Positions 47,426 through 60,471 of a stretch of DNA of 64,000 bases are shown here, in pieces (positions within the stretch are counted from its first letter, which is position 1; each line of letters starts with the position of its first letter). Under the pieces are notes generated by a model. That model had not been told where the DNA came from. It saw nothing but the letters and a program-made list of their open reading frames with translations, and did not search any database. Both the position numbers and the translations under genes were made by a program. Source of the stretch: the human T2T-CHM13v2.0 reference genome, Homo sapiens; the NCBI RefSeq assembly GCF_009914755.1, contig NC_060928.1; one strand, given 5' to 3'.

Positions 47426-48970
47426 TCTATACCCATTTTCAATAATGTCTAGAATATCTAGAGAGAAAAATCAATGAGGAAACAGTGGACAATAATATAG
47501 GCCAAATGGACCTAACAAATATATAAAAAACATCCCACTCAACAGCAGCAGGATATATATTATTCTCAAGTGCACATAAAACATTCTTCATGGTAGATCA
47601 CGTTAGGTCACAAGATAAGTCTTAACAAACTTAAGAGGACTGAAATCATACCATGTATCTCCTCTGACTACAATGAAATTAAACTAGAAGTCAATGGCTA
47701 AGAAAAACTGGAAAATTCACAAATATGTGGAAATTAAACAGTACATTCCTGAACAACCAATGGGTTAAAAAATCAAAAGTTAAACCAGAAAATATCTTGA
47801 GATAAATGAAAATGAAAATAAAACATATTATAATCTATGGAATATAGCAAAAGCAGTCCTAAGAAGGAAGTTTATTGTAGTAAGGGACTTCATTAAAAAT
47901 GAAGGAAGAACTCAAATTAACAATTTTACACCTCAATAAACCAGAAATAGAAGAACAAACTAAGTAATAGTTAGCAGAAGGAAGGAAAATAAAGATTAGA
48001 GCAGACATAAATGAAACAAATAATGGAAAAACAATTTAAAAATCAATGATATTAAAAGTTGGTTTTTCAAAGGATACACAAAATTGACAAAACTTTAGTT
48101 AGATGGAGATAAAGAGAGAAGACTCAAATAAATAAAATCAGAAATGAAAGAGGAGACATTACAACTAATGCTTCAGAAATGTGAAAAAAGATCATAATAG
48201 ACTACTATGTACAATTATATGCCAACAAACTGTATGGCTCAGAAGAAATGGATAAATTCCTAGAAACATATACGACATGATCAAATCAGGAATAGGAAAT
48301 ATGAACTGATTGATAACTAGTAAGGAGATTGAGTCAGTAATCTAAGCCCTCCAAACAACAATAAAGAATTCCAGAGCCTGATGGTTTCACTAATAAATTC
48401 TACAAAACATTTAAGGAAAAAAGTGATACCAATATTTCTAAAACCCTTTTAAGAAGTTGAAGAGTAGGAAATACTTCCAAACTCATTCTAAGATGCCAGA
48501 AATACTCTGATGCCGAAGCCAAACAAAGACACTACAAGAGAATAAAATGACAGGCCAATATGCCTGATGAACATAGATGTAAAATCCCTATAGAAACAAG
48601 CAAACAGAACTCAACAGCACATTAAAAGGATTATACACCATGACCACATGGGATTTATTCCTGGAATGCCAGGATGGCTCAATGTGTAAAAATAAATTAA
48701 TGTGACACACCACACTAACAGAATGAAGAATAAAAATCACATGATCATCTCAATAGGTGCAGAAAAAGTATTTGACAAAATTAAATGCATTTTTATTATA
48801 AAAACTGTTATTCAACTAGGAATAGAAGGAAATTACCTCAACATAATAAAGGCCATATGTAAGAACTCCACAGCTAACATCATACTCAGTGGTAACAAAC
48901 TGAAAGCTTTTCCTCTAATATTAGGAACAGACAAGAGTCCACTCTCACCACGTCTATTCAACATAGTACT

Positions 48971-49368
48971 TATCTTAGTCCATTTTCTGATGCTGTAACA
49001 GAATACCTGAGACTGTGTAATTTATTATAAAAAAATTTATTTGGTTCATGGTTCAGGTAACTGGGAAGTTCAAGATCAGGCAGCTGCATCTGGTGAGGTA
49101 ACTTATACTTCTTCCACTCGTGGAAAGTGGAAGAAGTGTGCTCATGCAAAGAGACCAAACATAAGAGGCATCCTTGCTTTATAACAACCCTATCTCATGG
49201 TAACAAATCCTTTCCTGTGAGAGTGAGAACTCATTCTGGCAAGAAAGGCATTAATTTTTCTTAATAATCTAATCATCTCTTAAAATTACCACCTCCTAAC
49301 ACCACCACATTGGGAAGCAAGCCTCAACATGACTTTCAGTGGGGACAAATCATATTGAAACCATACCA
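48971..49368 (-). mobile_element. MST/MLT1A-type MaLR solo LTR in L1 ORF2
   Basis: TATCTTAGTCCATTTTCTG...GAAACCATACCA; perfect 5-bp TSD GTACT (48966-48970, 49369-49373). Confidence 0.9.
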
Positions 49369-52300
49369 GTACTGGAAGTCCTAGCTGGAGCAATTAGGCA
49401 AGAAAAAGAAATAGGTATCCAAATTGGATGAAGAAGAAGTAAAATTATCCCAATTTGCGGATGACATAATCTTATATGTAGAAAGCCCTAAAGACTTCAC
49501 ACACACGCAAAAACTACTAGAATGAATAAACCAATTCAGTAACATTGCAGGGTACAAAATCATCATACAAAAATCAGCTGTGTTTATATACATTAACAAC
49601 AAACTACTCAAAAAAAAGGGAAAAAAATCTCATTTACAATAGCATTGAAAAGAACAAAATATTTAGGAATAAACTAAGTATGTGAAAGATTTGTACACTG
49701 AAAACTATAAAACACTGAGGAAAGAAAGAAGATACAAATAAATGGAAAGACATATTGTGTTCATGGATTGGAAGACTTAATATTGTTAAAATGTTCATAC
49801 TGCTGAGAGTGATCTACAGATTCACTGCATTTCCTATCAAAATCCCAATGTCATTTTTTTTTTCACAAAAATAGAAAAACAATTCTAAAACTTCCATGGA
49901 ACCACAAAGGACCCCAAAGAACTAAACATTCTTGAGAGAAAGAAAAAAAACTTAGAGCATCACACTCCTTTGTTTCAAAATACAGTACAAAACTAGAGTA
50001 GTTAATTGTAGTTGCTGGTGTAAGGTGTTGCTGGTGTAAAAACAAACATATTGACAGTGGAACAAAATAGAAAGCCTAGAAATAATCCTTTGAGTTACAA
50101 TCAACTGATCTTTGACAAATTTACTGAGAATACACAATGGGTAAAGGAGAGTCTCTTTAACAAATGGTCTTAGGTAAACTGGTTATTCACATGCAGATAA
50201 ATGAAATTGGACGCTTATCCTACATCATTCACAAAAATCACCTACAAGTGTATTAAAGACATAAATAAAAGACTTCAAACTGTAAAGCCCGTAGAAGAAA
50301 AAAATAGGGGAAAAACTTTATGACATTATTCTTGGAAATGATTTATTGCATATGACACCAAAAGCATTGGCAACAGAAACAAAAATAGACAAATATGAAT
50401 ATATCAAACTAAAATGCTTCTGCACAGCAAAGAAAACTATCAACAGAGTGAAAAGGCAACCCACAGAATGGGAGAAAATAATGGCAAAGCATATATCTGA
50501 TAAGGGATTACTATCTAAAATATATAAAGAATTCCTATAAGGAAATAGCAAGAAAACAAATAACCCAATTACAAAATGAGCAAAATAATTGAATAGGCGT
50601 TTCTTCAGAGGAGACATACAAATGGCAAATAGGTGTATGAAAAGATGCTCAACATCATTAGTTATCAAGGAAATGCAAATCATAACCAAAACAAAATATC
50701 ACTGCACATCTTTTAGAATTGCTGTTATAAAACAAAACAAAACAGGTGTTGGTGAGGATGTGGAGAAATTAGAACTCTTGTACATTGTTGGTAGGAGTGT
50801 AAAGTGTTGCCACTGCTATGGAAAACAGTATGGAGGCTCCTCAAAAAATTAAAAATAGAACTATCATATGTTTCAGCAATCCCATTTCTGGTTATTTATC
50901 AAAGGAATTGAAAACAGGATCTTGAAGATATATTTATTCTCCTATGTTCATTGCAGTATTATTTACAATAGCCAAGATGTACATACAACCTAAGTGTCCA
51001 TTGATAAAGAAAATGTGATATATACATACAATAGAATATTATTCAAACATACAAAAAGGAAGTCCTGTCATTTGTGACAACATGAAGGGACCTGGAGGAC
51101 ATTATGCTAAATGAAATAAGCCAGGAACACAAAGACAAATACTGCATAATCTCACTTTCGATGTGGAATCTAAAAAATTTGAACACATAGAAGCAGGAGT
51201 AGAATGGTGGTTGTCAGAGAATGGGGATGGGGAGAAATGGGGAGTAGCTATTCAGCATCCTTAAAGTTTCAGCCATGGAGAATGAATAAGTTTGCTGTAC
51301 AAAATTGTGCCTATAGTTAACAAGACTATAGTATACACTTAAAAATTGTCAAGAGGGTAGATGTTATGATCTTAACACAATGAAAAGTTCAGTCACTTAA
51401 GTGGAATAAATTTGGCTTTTAGAGAAACTTACAATATTGTGTGTTTGTATTTCTGGTTTACTTGTTTAACTTTCTGTAAATTGTAAAACTTAACTATGGA
51501 CCAGTATTTGCTAACCCTGCCTAATGCTATGTTCTTCCTTTTCCAAAAGATAGAAAAACTAGCAGCTTTGTCGAAAACTGAAACAGGAGATGACTGCAGG
51601 TTCCAGAAGAAGAAATGTTAACTTATCATCTGAAATACAATTTACAGCCTTGCTATATTGTTAAGATATTCTGGTACAGCAGCAGCCAAAAGACCCACTT
51701 GGCAATGAGTAAATTCATGTAGCTCTTTTAGAGCAAAGACATTGGTAACCCATTGAGCAAAGACAGAGTCATAAGAAATGACTTGTTCTAAAATGGTTTC
51801 TAGAACTACAAAAATAAAACAGTCCTCCCATGCATCTGCCCATGTGGAAAAACTGTTTATCTCTCTCAGATTTTTAACCTTACCCACATACATGGCAAAC
51901 AACTCCATTAGTAGTGTTATCTGTGAATGCAAACTACAACAATACATTATATATGTTCACTAACATATTTGTTGAATTTTAAAGTATTCAGCAATGCAAA
52001 AGCTGGAGTGAGGCTGTTGTTTATAACATATATCATGAAATGAAGAACAGATGATCTAAGAATGAACATTTGTTGGAATGATCTCTCTGGGCTTAAATAT
52101 TTATTTTACTTCCTCCACCCCCTTCCCTTTTTGACAAAGTACTATGTTTTCCAAAATCTACAGTATGAAACCATGGAAAGTTTAAGACAAAACCACCTCA
52201 AATTGCTACCATAAATTATTACCTCCTACATAGTCTTTTTTTCTGCAATGTGCAATTAATCAAGGAAACAACTTATTCTTTCTAATTAAGGAGCCAGTTC

Positions 52301-52734
52301 TAAGAGTTTTATTTTAGGTGTGAGAAGGGATGTTCATTTCTGGGGAAAAGAATACATGGTTGCCCTATAAAATGTAATATATTTTCATTTCTGTACCCAC
52401 GGTTTAGTATATGATGTTAGGAAGGGAAGCCTTTTGTCTTATTCATCAGGAAAAATGGGAACTCATAGCTATTAAAGTTCAAGAGTTTGAAGATAGTCTT
52501 GAAGGAAACAACATCTCAATGGATAGTTCACACAGCATATTTTTGGGAGAGACACTTAAAAGAGTTGTCAAGAACCAAGATGCAGACCTCATTAAAGGGG
52601 ATAAAGAAGACTTTTTTTCTCTGTTAGCTTCTGCAGGGCATGGTGAGGGTTCCATGGCCTATTTTATAGGTTTCCTAGGTTTTTGTTTGCTCAGATAAAT
52701 TATTTCACCCAGAGCTCACTTATCCTAGGGGTGC

Positions 52735-53800
52735 AATGATTCATCTGTTTATTCATCCTTCTATCCATTCATACATCCACTCACCCATCCATCCAACCAC
52801 CTTCTGGTTAAAGAATAAGCATTTATTGAGCACCTACTGAATGTATGCAGTGTGAGGTCCTGAAAATTCACATAGCAATGAGATGATCTCTGCCACTGAA
52901 AAGCTCACGTCTCAGTTTAGATGCGCAAAATAACATTTCTTCACTCCTTAAATCATCTTTCTAAAACTGGATCATGTCAAGACACTTCAAAAACTCTGCA
53001 TTGCTATCAGAATGAAATTAGTCAGTGGGCAATTTGGGATCTCTGATTTTGTTTCCAATTACTCTTGTAGCATCGCTGCATACCAAATTCTTTCTCAAGG
53101 CCCACACTTTGGCCTAGTCATCTACTTTCCACTCATTACACATTTTGTCCTCTCATTTTTCTGCCTCCTTAACCTTATCCATGCTGTTCTGATAGTCCTA
53201 AATAGCCTTTCTCCAATTCCAGGGCCCAGCTCCAATTCTACCTCTTTCAGGGAATTGTACTATTTTTTTATAATCTGACAGTATGCTGTACTTCTACCAA
53301 GGGGCTCCAACCTCAGTCTTCTACAACAAATTTTCAGAATTATCTTTCTAAAGCACAAACTTGATCCTATCACTCTTGTGTTTAAAAGCAATTAATGACT
53401 CTTCTGTAGCCCTTTAGATAAAGCTCCAGTTCTTCGGCATGGCATTCAAGATTCTTTATGACTAGTTCTAGTGGTGTCTTGCTGCTATTCTGCCCCAGCT
53501 GTGCTGAATCGTGTGAAGTTTCATGAGCACATGTCCTCCTGCATGTGTAGTCCTTTTCCTGAAATATACTCCTTACCTTTTTACCTTTTTCTACCTGATA
53601 GCTTCCTGATCTTCTTGCAGGTCACAATTTTGATGTTACTTCCTCCAGGAAACCTTCTTGATCCCCCGAGACTGGATCAGGTGTCTCTGAGGTGTTCACA
53701 TAGTGTCTTCTATTTCCTCTAGCAAGGCAAGGCAGGTACCTTCCTATGTTCACATGCAATGTATACTAGCAATAGGTATCTAATAAACATTTGTTTGGTG
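52735..53800. mobile_element. L2 fragments (both orientations)
   Basis: (CATC/CATT)n plus AAGCATTTATTGAGCACCTACT (antisense 3' end). ATCTTTCTAAAGCACAAACTTGATC and TAGGTATCTAATAAACATTTGTT (sense). Confidence 0.7.
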
Positions 53801-55339
53801 AGGAATATTGAGATGAGCCACTGTGATTTCCCTCAGGAAATGCAAAGCTTGCTGTTCAAGATTATGGTTTACCATGTGGTCAAACTGCATGTGGTACCTG
53901 GAGAGAAGCAGATGAGGACTGAAGCTAAATATTCCCGACTCAATATGCATAGCCCAAGTTTTCTTATGCAACTTGATTTGTAGCATAGTTTTCCTGGGGT
54001 AAGAATAACAATTCTCTGTCTAAAAATACAGTGGATATAGATTCAGTAAGCCAAATAAGAGCTACAAAACCAATTAATGCTTGGGGCCCAAGCAGTTCTT
54101 TTTTTATTTAGTTATTTGGGGCGAGGGGTGTTTCTCTTTATATCTCAAGAAACTGCTAAACTCTAGGTTCATCAACAGAACACTTCCTTAGTAGCTGTGC
54201 AAACAGCGAGCATGACTCTGGGGACAGGGCCATTTCTGTATGATATTCAGGTTTCAGTAGTTACTGTTGAAGTAAGTCATGGGAGCCATGATCAGCAGGC
54301 CAGCTTCTTTGGAAGGCAAAGTTATGGAGATCTACACAGGATGTCTGACTCACAAGCCAGAATTTAAAAACCTGGAATCTTGCATAATTTGTACACATGT
54401 ATGGGGAAGGGGACACTATTATTAATCTAGAAATGTGGAGATTTGGGTCATTATACATTGAATTTTAACAGCAATGCAACTAAATTTTGTAATCACAATT
54501 TGAGAAGGACTGGGGGCTTCTGGGTTGTGTATCATTAATTAAGCCATACCAAATTTTCCCTTGTTTTTAAACTAATTCACAGATTGCCCATTTAAAAAGT
54601 GAGTTAATGTAAAACTATAAAGCACAGGACCTTAAGAAATTACAGGTTGATTTCTCTGTGTCCAAGCATGTCCCCATTGAAGGAATTGTTTCCTGGATTT
54701 CTAAAAATCTTCAGAGAGGACGATTCCATAACTTCTTTTGGTAACTAGTTCTTTTGTCTTCCTGAAGTCATTTAGTTTACTTCTATAATAGTCCCTCCTG
54801 CAGCAATTTAAAATCTTACTTTGTTTTTGTGGTCTTGAATGAAAACAATAGCATTTGCTTAGTGTGCTGTGATAAATGAAATGAACTTTCAATTGTTAGT
54901 GTTAATGGGCTGGGCAAGTGCAGAAGGGCATAAATAAATGAAATCTAACATATTCTCCAAACCTCATTTTAGCCATTAATTTTGGCTTTTTCTCCCACAA
55001 ACCTTTTGAAGAGTCTACTAAAAAGCAGCAAGCTGATTTGAATTTCATGCTTTTCTTTTTCACTTGCTTATTCTCTGGTTGAGGTGATAATGATCATTGA
55101 GATGCCCAAAGGAGAAGGAGATGGTGGGAGATGGAGAAGCCAGGGATACGGATAAATTGGAGGCTACATTCATGCATTTATAAAAGCTTTAGGTTTTTGG
55201 CTTACCAATCTGCTTATTGCTCTATGACTTCATTTAGCAATGTGAATTGTAAAGTCATTGTGCATGCTTGTCATTTTGGATGCGCAAAATGTATATTCTT
55301 TTAAACAGTATTCTGCATCGAGCAATGGAAATGTAGTTA

Positions 55340-55455
55340 GTTTGAGCTCAAAATCGATGAGTGACTTGGCAATTAAGTGCTACAAATGAAACTTAACTTG
55401 CTATTGTGTAAAAATGGGACAATAAAATAATAGTTACTCCCTAGTGATTAAAAAT
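55340..55455. mobile_element. MIR fragment
   Basis: GTGACTTGGCAATT...TGTAAAAATGGGACAATAAAATAATAGTTACTCC. Confidence 0.5.
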
Positions 55456-55875
55456 GCAGCCAATTAAAAGCAAGCAAATTTACATAAATGGAAGAACCTT
55501 AAATTTTGCATTTCCTGACTGATAGGATTAAACTTCCAAAGAAAGTGTGAATTAATGCAAATGTTAACATGGCATCTCCTAAATCCTTTTCTACTTTTAC
55601 CACCAAGAACAGAATATAGAAAAGTAAAAATACATAATGATAGGCCAGTCTCTGCTTGTTTTGTCATTTACCCAAAGAATACCAAGCATGCTTAGATATC
55701 TTGAAAAACTTAGCAAGATTTCAGGTAGCAAACATAAATAAGGCCACAAGGCAGTCTGTAACCCTTAACCAAATTGTTCTTTGTAGAGAATATGATTAGA
55801 GGAACAGTTGTTGATAAGTCTATGACTTGCAGGCTTATTTCTGAAAGAGCTCTTGTATGAAGCTGGGTTCCAAGG

Positions 55876-56239
55876 TGCTATGGTTTGAATGTCCCCTCTA
55901 AAACTTACATTGAAATTTAACTGCCATTGTAACAGTGTTGGGAGGTGGAACTTTTCAGAGGTGATTAGGTCACAAGGGCTCTGCTCTCATGAATGGATTA
56001 ATGCCATTATTTCAAGAATGAGTTCCTGATCCAAAGGATGAGTTCTACCCCTTTTCTCTCTCTGTCTGCATTGCTCTCATCCTCTCTCTCCATGTGGAGA
56101 CCTTCATGCTCACAAGATGAGGCCCCTTGATTTTGGACTTCAGTCTCCAGAACTGTGAGCCAAATAAACTTCTCTGTTCTTTATAAATTACCCAGTCTGT
56201 GCTATTATGTTATAGCAGCAAAAAACCAAGAAACAAACA
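55876..56239 (+). mobile_element. MSTD/MLT1A-type solo LTR
   Basis: TGCTATGGTTTGAATGTCCCC...GTGATTAGGTCACAAGGGCTCTGCTCTCATGAATGGATTAATG...ATAAATTACCCAGTCTG. Confidence 0.88.
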
Positions 56240-56244
56240 TTTCC

Positions 56245-56413
56245 ATGTCTGTGTTTCTGTATGCATGTATGTTTGTGTAAATATGTATGTGCTTATGTAT
56301 GTAAGTATATATGAGTGTGTGTCTACACACATATATACATATATTAACATAAATATACATATATAGGAAGATGTAGATATACATGTATGCATCCACATAT
56401 ATATCTGTATATA
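56245..56413. repeat. (TATG/TACA)n low-complexity tract
   Basis: Alternating purine-pyrimidine degenerate repeats. Confidence 0.8.
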
Positions 56414-57578
56414 CAGTCGTGTGTCCCTTAATAAAAGGGATACATTCTGAAAAATGCATCATTGTGCGAACATCACAGAGTATACTCACACAAACCTAGG
56501 TGGTATAGCCTACCACACACCTAAGCTGTATGGTATAGCCTGTTGCTTCTAGGCTACAACCTATACAGCATGTTACTGTACTGAATACTGTAGGCAAATG
56601 TAATACAATGGTAAGTATTTATGTATCTAAACATAGAAAACGTACTGTAAAAATACAATAAAAAAGATAAAAATGGTACACCTATATAGGGCACTTACCA
56701 TGAATGGAGCTTGCAGGAGTGGAGGTTGCTCTGGGTGAGTCAGTGGGTGAGTGGTGAGTGACTGTGACATTGCTGTACAGTATTGCAGACGTTACAAACA
56801 CTGTACAAACACTGTACACTTAGACTATACATTTATATAAAAATTTTCTTTCTTCAAAAATAAGCTAACTTTATCTTACTTTAACTTTTTTACTTTATAA
56901 ACTTTAAAACTTTTTAAAAACATTGACTCATTTGTAATAATACTTAGCTTAAAACGCAAACACATTGTATGGCTGTATAAAATATTTTCTTTCTTTATAT
57001 CCTTATTCTATAAGCTTTTTTTTTCTGTTAAATTTCTTTAAACTTTTTTGTTAAAAACAAACACACAAACACATACACTAGGCCTACACAGGGTCAGAGT
57101 CATCAATATCACTGTCTTCCACCTCCACATCTTGTCCCACTGAAAGGTCTTCAGGGACAATGACAGCATGGAACTGCCATCTTCTATGATAACAATGCCT
57201 TCTTCTGGAACATGTCCTGAAGGACCTACTGGGGCTGTTTTACAGCTAACTTCTTCTTTATAAATAGGAATACACTCTAAAATAACGATTAAAAGTATAA
57301 TATAGTAGAATACATAAACTAATAGCATAGTCCTTTATCATGATCAAATGGTATGTACTGTACATAACTGTATGTGCTAGGCTTCTATACAACTGGCAGG
57401 ATAGTAAGTTTGTTCACACCAGCGTCACTACAAACAGATGAATACTGTGTTTTGCTGCAACAGACATTATGACAGCTAATAGGTGATAGGAATTTTTCAG
57501 CTCCATTATAATCTTATGGGATCACTATCATGTATCTAACCCACATTGACCATATCATTGTTATGCAGTGCATGACTG
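56414..57578 (+). mobile_element. Tigger3b (Golem-family) non-autonomous DNA transposon, both ends present
   Basis: TIRs CAGTCGTGTGTCCCTTAAT / GTTATGCAGTGCATGACTG, TA target duplication, internal GGTATAGCCTACCACACACCTAAGCTGTATGGTATAGCCT. No transposase ORF. Confidence 0.88.
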
Positions 57579-59242
57579 TATATAGCAGGGACCTAATTCC
57601 ATGAGACAGAACCATGAATTTCTGACTCTCTGATAGGAAATTTCTGACTGGCTTTCTCATTTCAGAGGCTCTTGTACTTGGTGGTCTCAGTCTGTCAGTG
57701 AGACCTTCCTCTCTGCTGTCTTACAGAGCCTTTCTAGTATGGCTGCCTGTTTCCCTCTGTCCCCAGCAGAAGGTTTCTTTGTTTCTTTCTTTGTTCTTCT
57801 GTTCCTTTTCTCGTGGGATCTAGGTCCTATGATGGAAATCCATCTTCTTCAGGCATCTCTTCTTTCTAACTGGGCTCTCAGTCTCATTGCCTTGGCCTGG
57901 GGAAGCACAGATCTCAACAGGCTGCCTTTGAGTGTCTCTGAAACTCTAAGGTGAAGCACGTGCAAAAAAATCATCCAGATTGGACCTTGAGCTCCACAAT
58001 GCTAGGTTTATGGTGTAATCATGATTGTGCTGACTGTAGATTGCCTAGGACATTTGAACATTTGGATTATGGATTGATGTTTATTTACTGGATTTTCTTT
58101 GGAGCTGGGTATAAGGAACAGCTCTTTTCTACTTTTCCCTGCTTTGCTTGTTTAACACTGCTTAATAAACATTCGTGCGTATTTCTTCTCAATTTTACCT
58201 GCTCATGTATTGAATATCTCACTGACATTAAATATTTCCTAACTGACAAATGCAAAAGCTTATGCTTATTTTTATGAATATTCATTTAAGTTACAATTTG
58301 CAGAAGTGGTTTTGCATTGTAAAAACTGGAATCACCTGTCAGGAATAAATGCTACATGTGAAACCAAAAATAGAGAAAAACACAAGGTTTGAAAAATGAA
58401 TTTCCATAAGTACACAAGTTATAATGACCCATAAAATACAGTTCTTTGCATACCAGCATGTGCAAACTCTTCATTCAGTTTCAAATAACTTTTTAATAGT
58501 TTCTATGGCCCGCCCTCTCCCACCAATAAATATATTCAAGTTTTTATTTCTCATAGATGAAAATCTCTTGCAAAATTCAAGGTTTTATGGTTCATCAATG
58601 TTGGGACAACTCAATGCTAAAAATAGCCATGGTTCATGTTCAATGGGTTCATGGTTGAGGGGTGTGTTCCCAGGTTGTGATCCTAGTTGGCTTGAGTTAC
58701 CGCCAGGGTTTCTGAGCCCACAACCAGTCAAAGCAGAACCTTCCAGTTGTATCCTCTTAGGAAGATATGTATCTGTGGTCAGAGATGACTCAGTCTAGTG
58801 GCTGACGGGTGTGGAACAGCCTGGGAGCCTCAGGGTGCTGGAATCACAGCTCTTTAGGACAGGTCAATCCCTGTCCTTTTTCATTGACACGATAATGCAC
58901 TTTTTTGGGTTTTGTTTTTAAATATCCCAATGTAACTTCAGAGGAAGGTTTTTTTGTTTGTTTGTTTGTTTTTGCCAGCATTCAGCAGGTTTTTTGAGTT
59001 GTGAAAACCATATAGCTTTCTTTAATTTGAATAAGCCATGGTCAATGTCTCAGGGGCATTTCTAACCTGCTGCTATAGCTCAGTTCTCCATGCTTTGACA
59101 TGGAGCCCACACCCACTGATTTTCCCTCAGCACCTTTCTTCAGCAGTTCTGTGGGCCCCATAAACCTCTTCTAGTTCTTTTCCATGTGGAGTGTTAGGGT
59201 TCCCCAAATTTTTCTTCTCAGAAGCTTCCCATCCAAAGGAGT

Positions 59243-59650
59243 CTGGTCTCAGGTTGGATCCTCCAGCAGCAGATGGTGATTCAGAGATTGGGAAGAAGAA
59301 TGTACATTATGGGTCAAAATCTGCAGAGAGAAGCAGGATTGGGCAAGGGGAGAAGTTGAATTGCAATGCTGGGCAGTCCTCCTATGGAAGCTCTGCAGTG
59401 TATTTATCCCATCAGAGTTGTCCCATGGTGGGCTGAAATGGCCAGGCCTTTATGTCCTTGCTGCAATCAGTCATTGGTTGTGGTCCACACCCAGAAGGGC
59501 TTGGCCTTGGCTGAGGATGGTGTCTGCAGCTGAAGCAAATCTTGAAGCACCTGGCAACTAGAGGCTGTTTGATGATAGTATTTGCAACAGCTGGGATAGC
59601 AGTTCATTCCTTGAAGGTAGATCTTTGCATCAGATCTCTATGTCCACACC
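59243..59650. mobile_element. LTR33-like ERVL solo LTR
   Basis: GAAGCAGGATTGGGCAAGGGGAGAAGTTGAATTGCAATGC...GGCTGAAATGGCCAGGCCTTTAT. Confidence 0.6.
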
Positions 59651-59764
59651 AAGTTTATCTGGATCACAGGGTGTGCTGTAAGTATCCTATGCTTTCTCTA
59701 GATAGATATATGACCTTGAATAATGATCCAATGATTCTTTTGGAATGAGGCTTAGTGAGAAGGA

Positions 59765-59929
59765 GGAGACTGTCCTGTGCCTTGTAGGATGTTTAACAGC
59801 ATCCCCGGCCTCTACTCACTAGACACCAGTAGCAGTTGTCCCTCCCACAGGTTGTGACAACCAAAAATGTCTCCAGATATTGCCAAATGTTCCCTGGAGG
59901 ACAAAATTGTCCCTGGTGGAGAACCACTG
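59765..59929 (-). mobile_element. MER20 (hAT-Charlie)
   Basis: TGTAGGATGTTTAACAGCATCCCCGGCCTCTACTCACTAGA...GTTGTGACAACCAAAAATGTCTCCAGATATTGCCAAATGT...GAGAACCACTG. Confidence 0.9.
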
Positions 59930-60471
59930 TGTTACGTGGACAAAAGGCAAAAGTCAAATTTTGCTTTCATAATTTAAATTAGCTCATCTAATTTAGCAAA
60001 AAAAGGAGAAAAAATTTATAATATAAAGAAACATTCACAACTATAGTGCCAGAGGAATGATCACTAAAGTAGTTAGGTAAAAAAAGGAATTCTGTGCTTA
60101 GGGGTGGAGGTTACAAGGCATTAAACAACTTTGCATGTAAATAGAATGCTACATTTTTTTTTCTCCCCAAGTGTTTTGCAAATTCTCTAAGGTCTTCTTT
60201 TTCTTCTCTTTATTTCTCTTTTTCTTATGGATGTGAGGTTATGGCTTTCATCTTTTCCTTTGATTCTGTGACCTGGCTTTGGTACATCATGTGACCCAAG
60301 AAGTCATATTCTAGGTGAAGATATTGGGTGGTGGTGATTTCTAACTAACTAGTCTAGTTAACTGTAACTGAATGGAAAGAAAAAAATAAGCTCAAAAAAT
60401 TAAAATAAGATACTTTTATTTCTAGCTTTTTGCTCATCTCTAGATGTGGATGACTTTAACTTATATCTAGG

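Noticed and set aside
51530-51720. Possible + strand exons after the pyrimidine tract TTCTTCCTTTTCCAAAAG
   Set aside because: Donor sites are weak and the peptide is unrecognisable. Not supportable from sequence alone.
52918-55290. 12-mer GATGCGCAAAAT occurring twice (~52920 and ~55278)
   Set aside because: No extended similarity in the flanks; compatible with chance in 64 kb.
56205-56489. Tyr/Ile/His-rich ORFs (also 32207-32456)
   Set aside because: They are translations of (TA/TG/CA)n low-complexity DNA.
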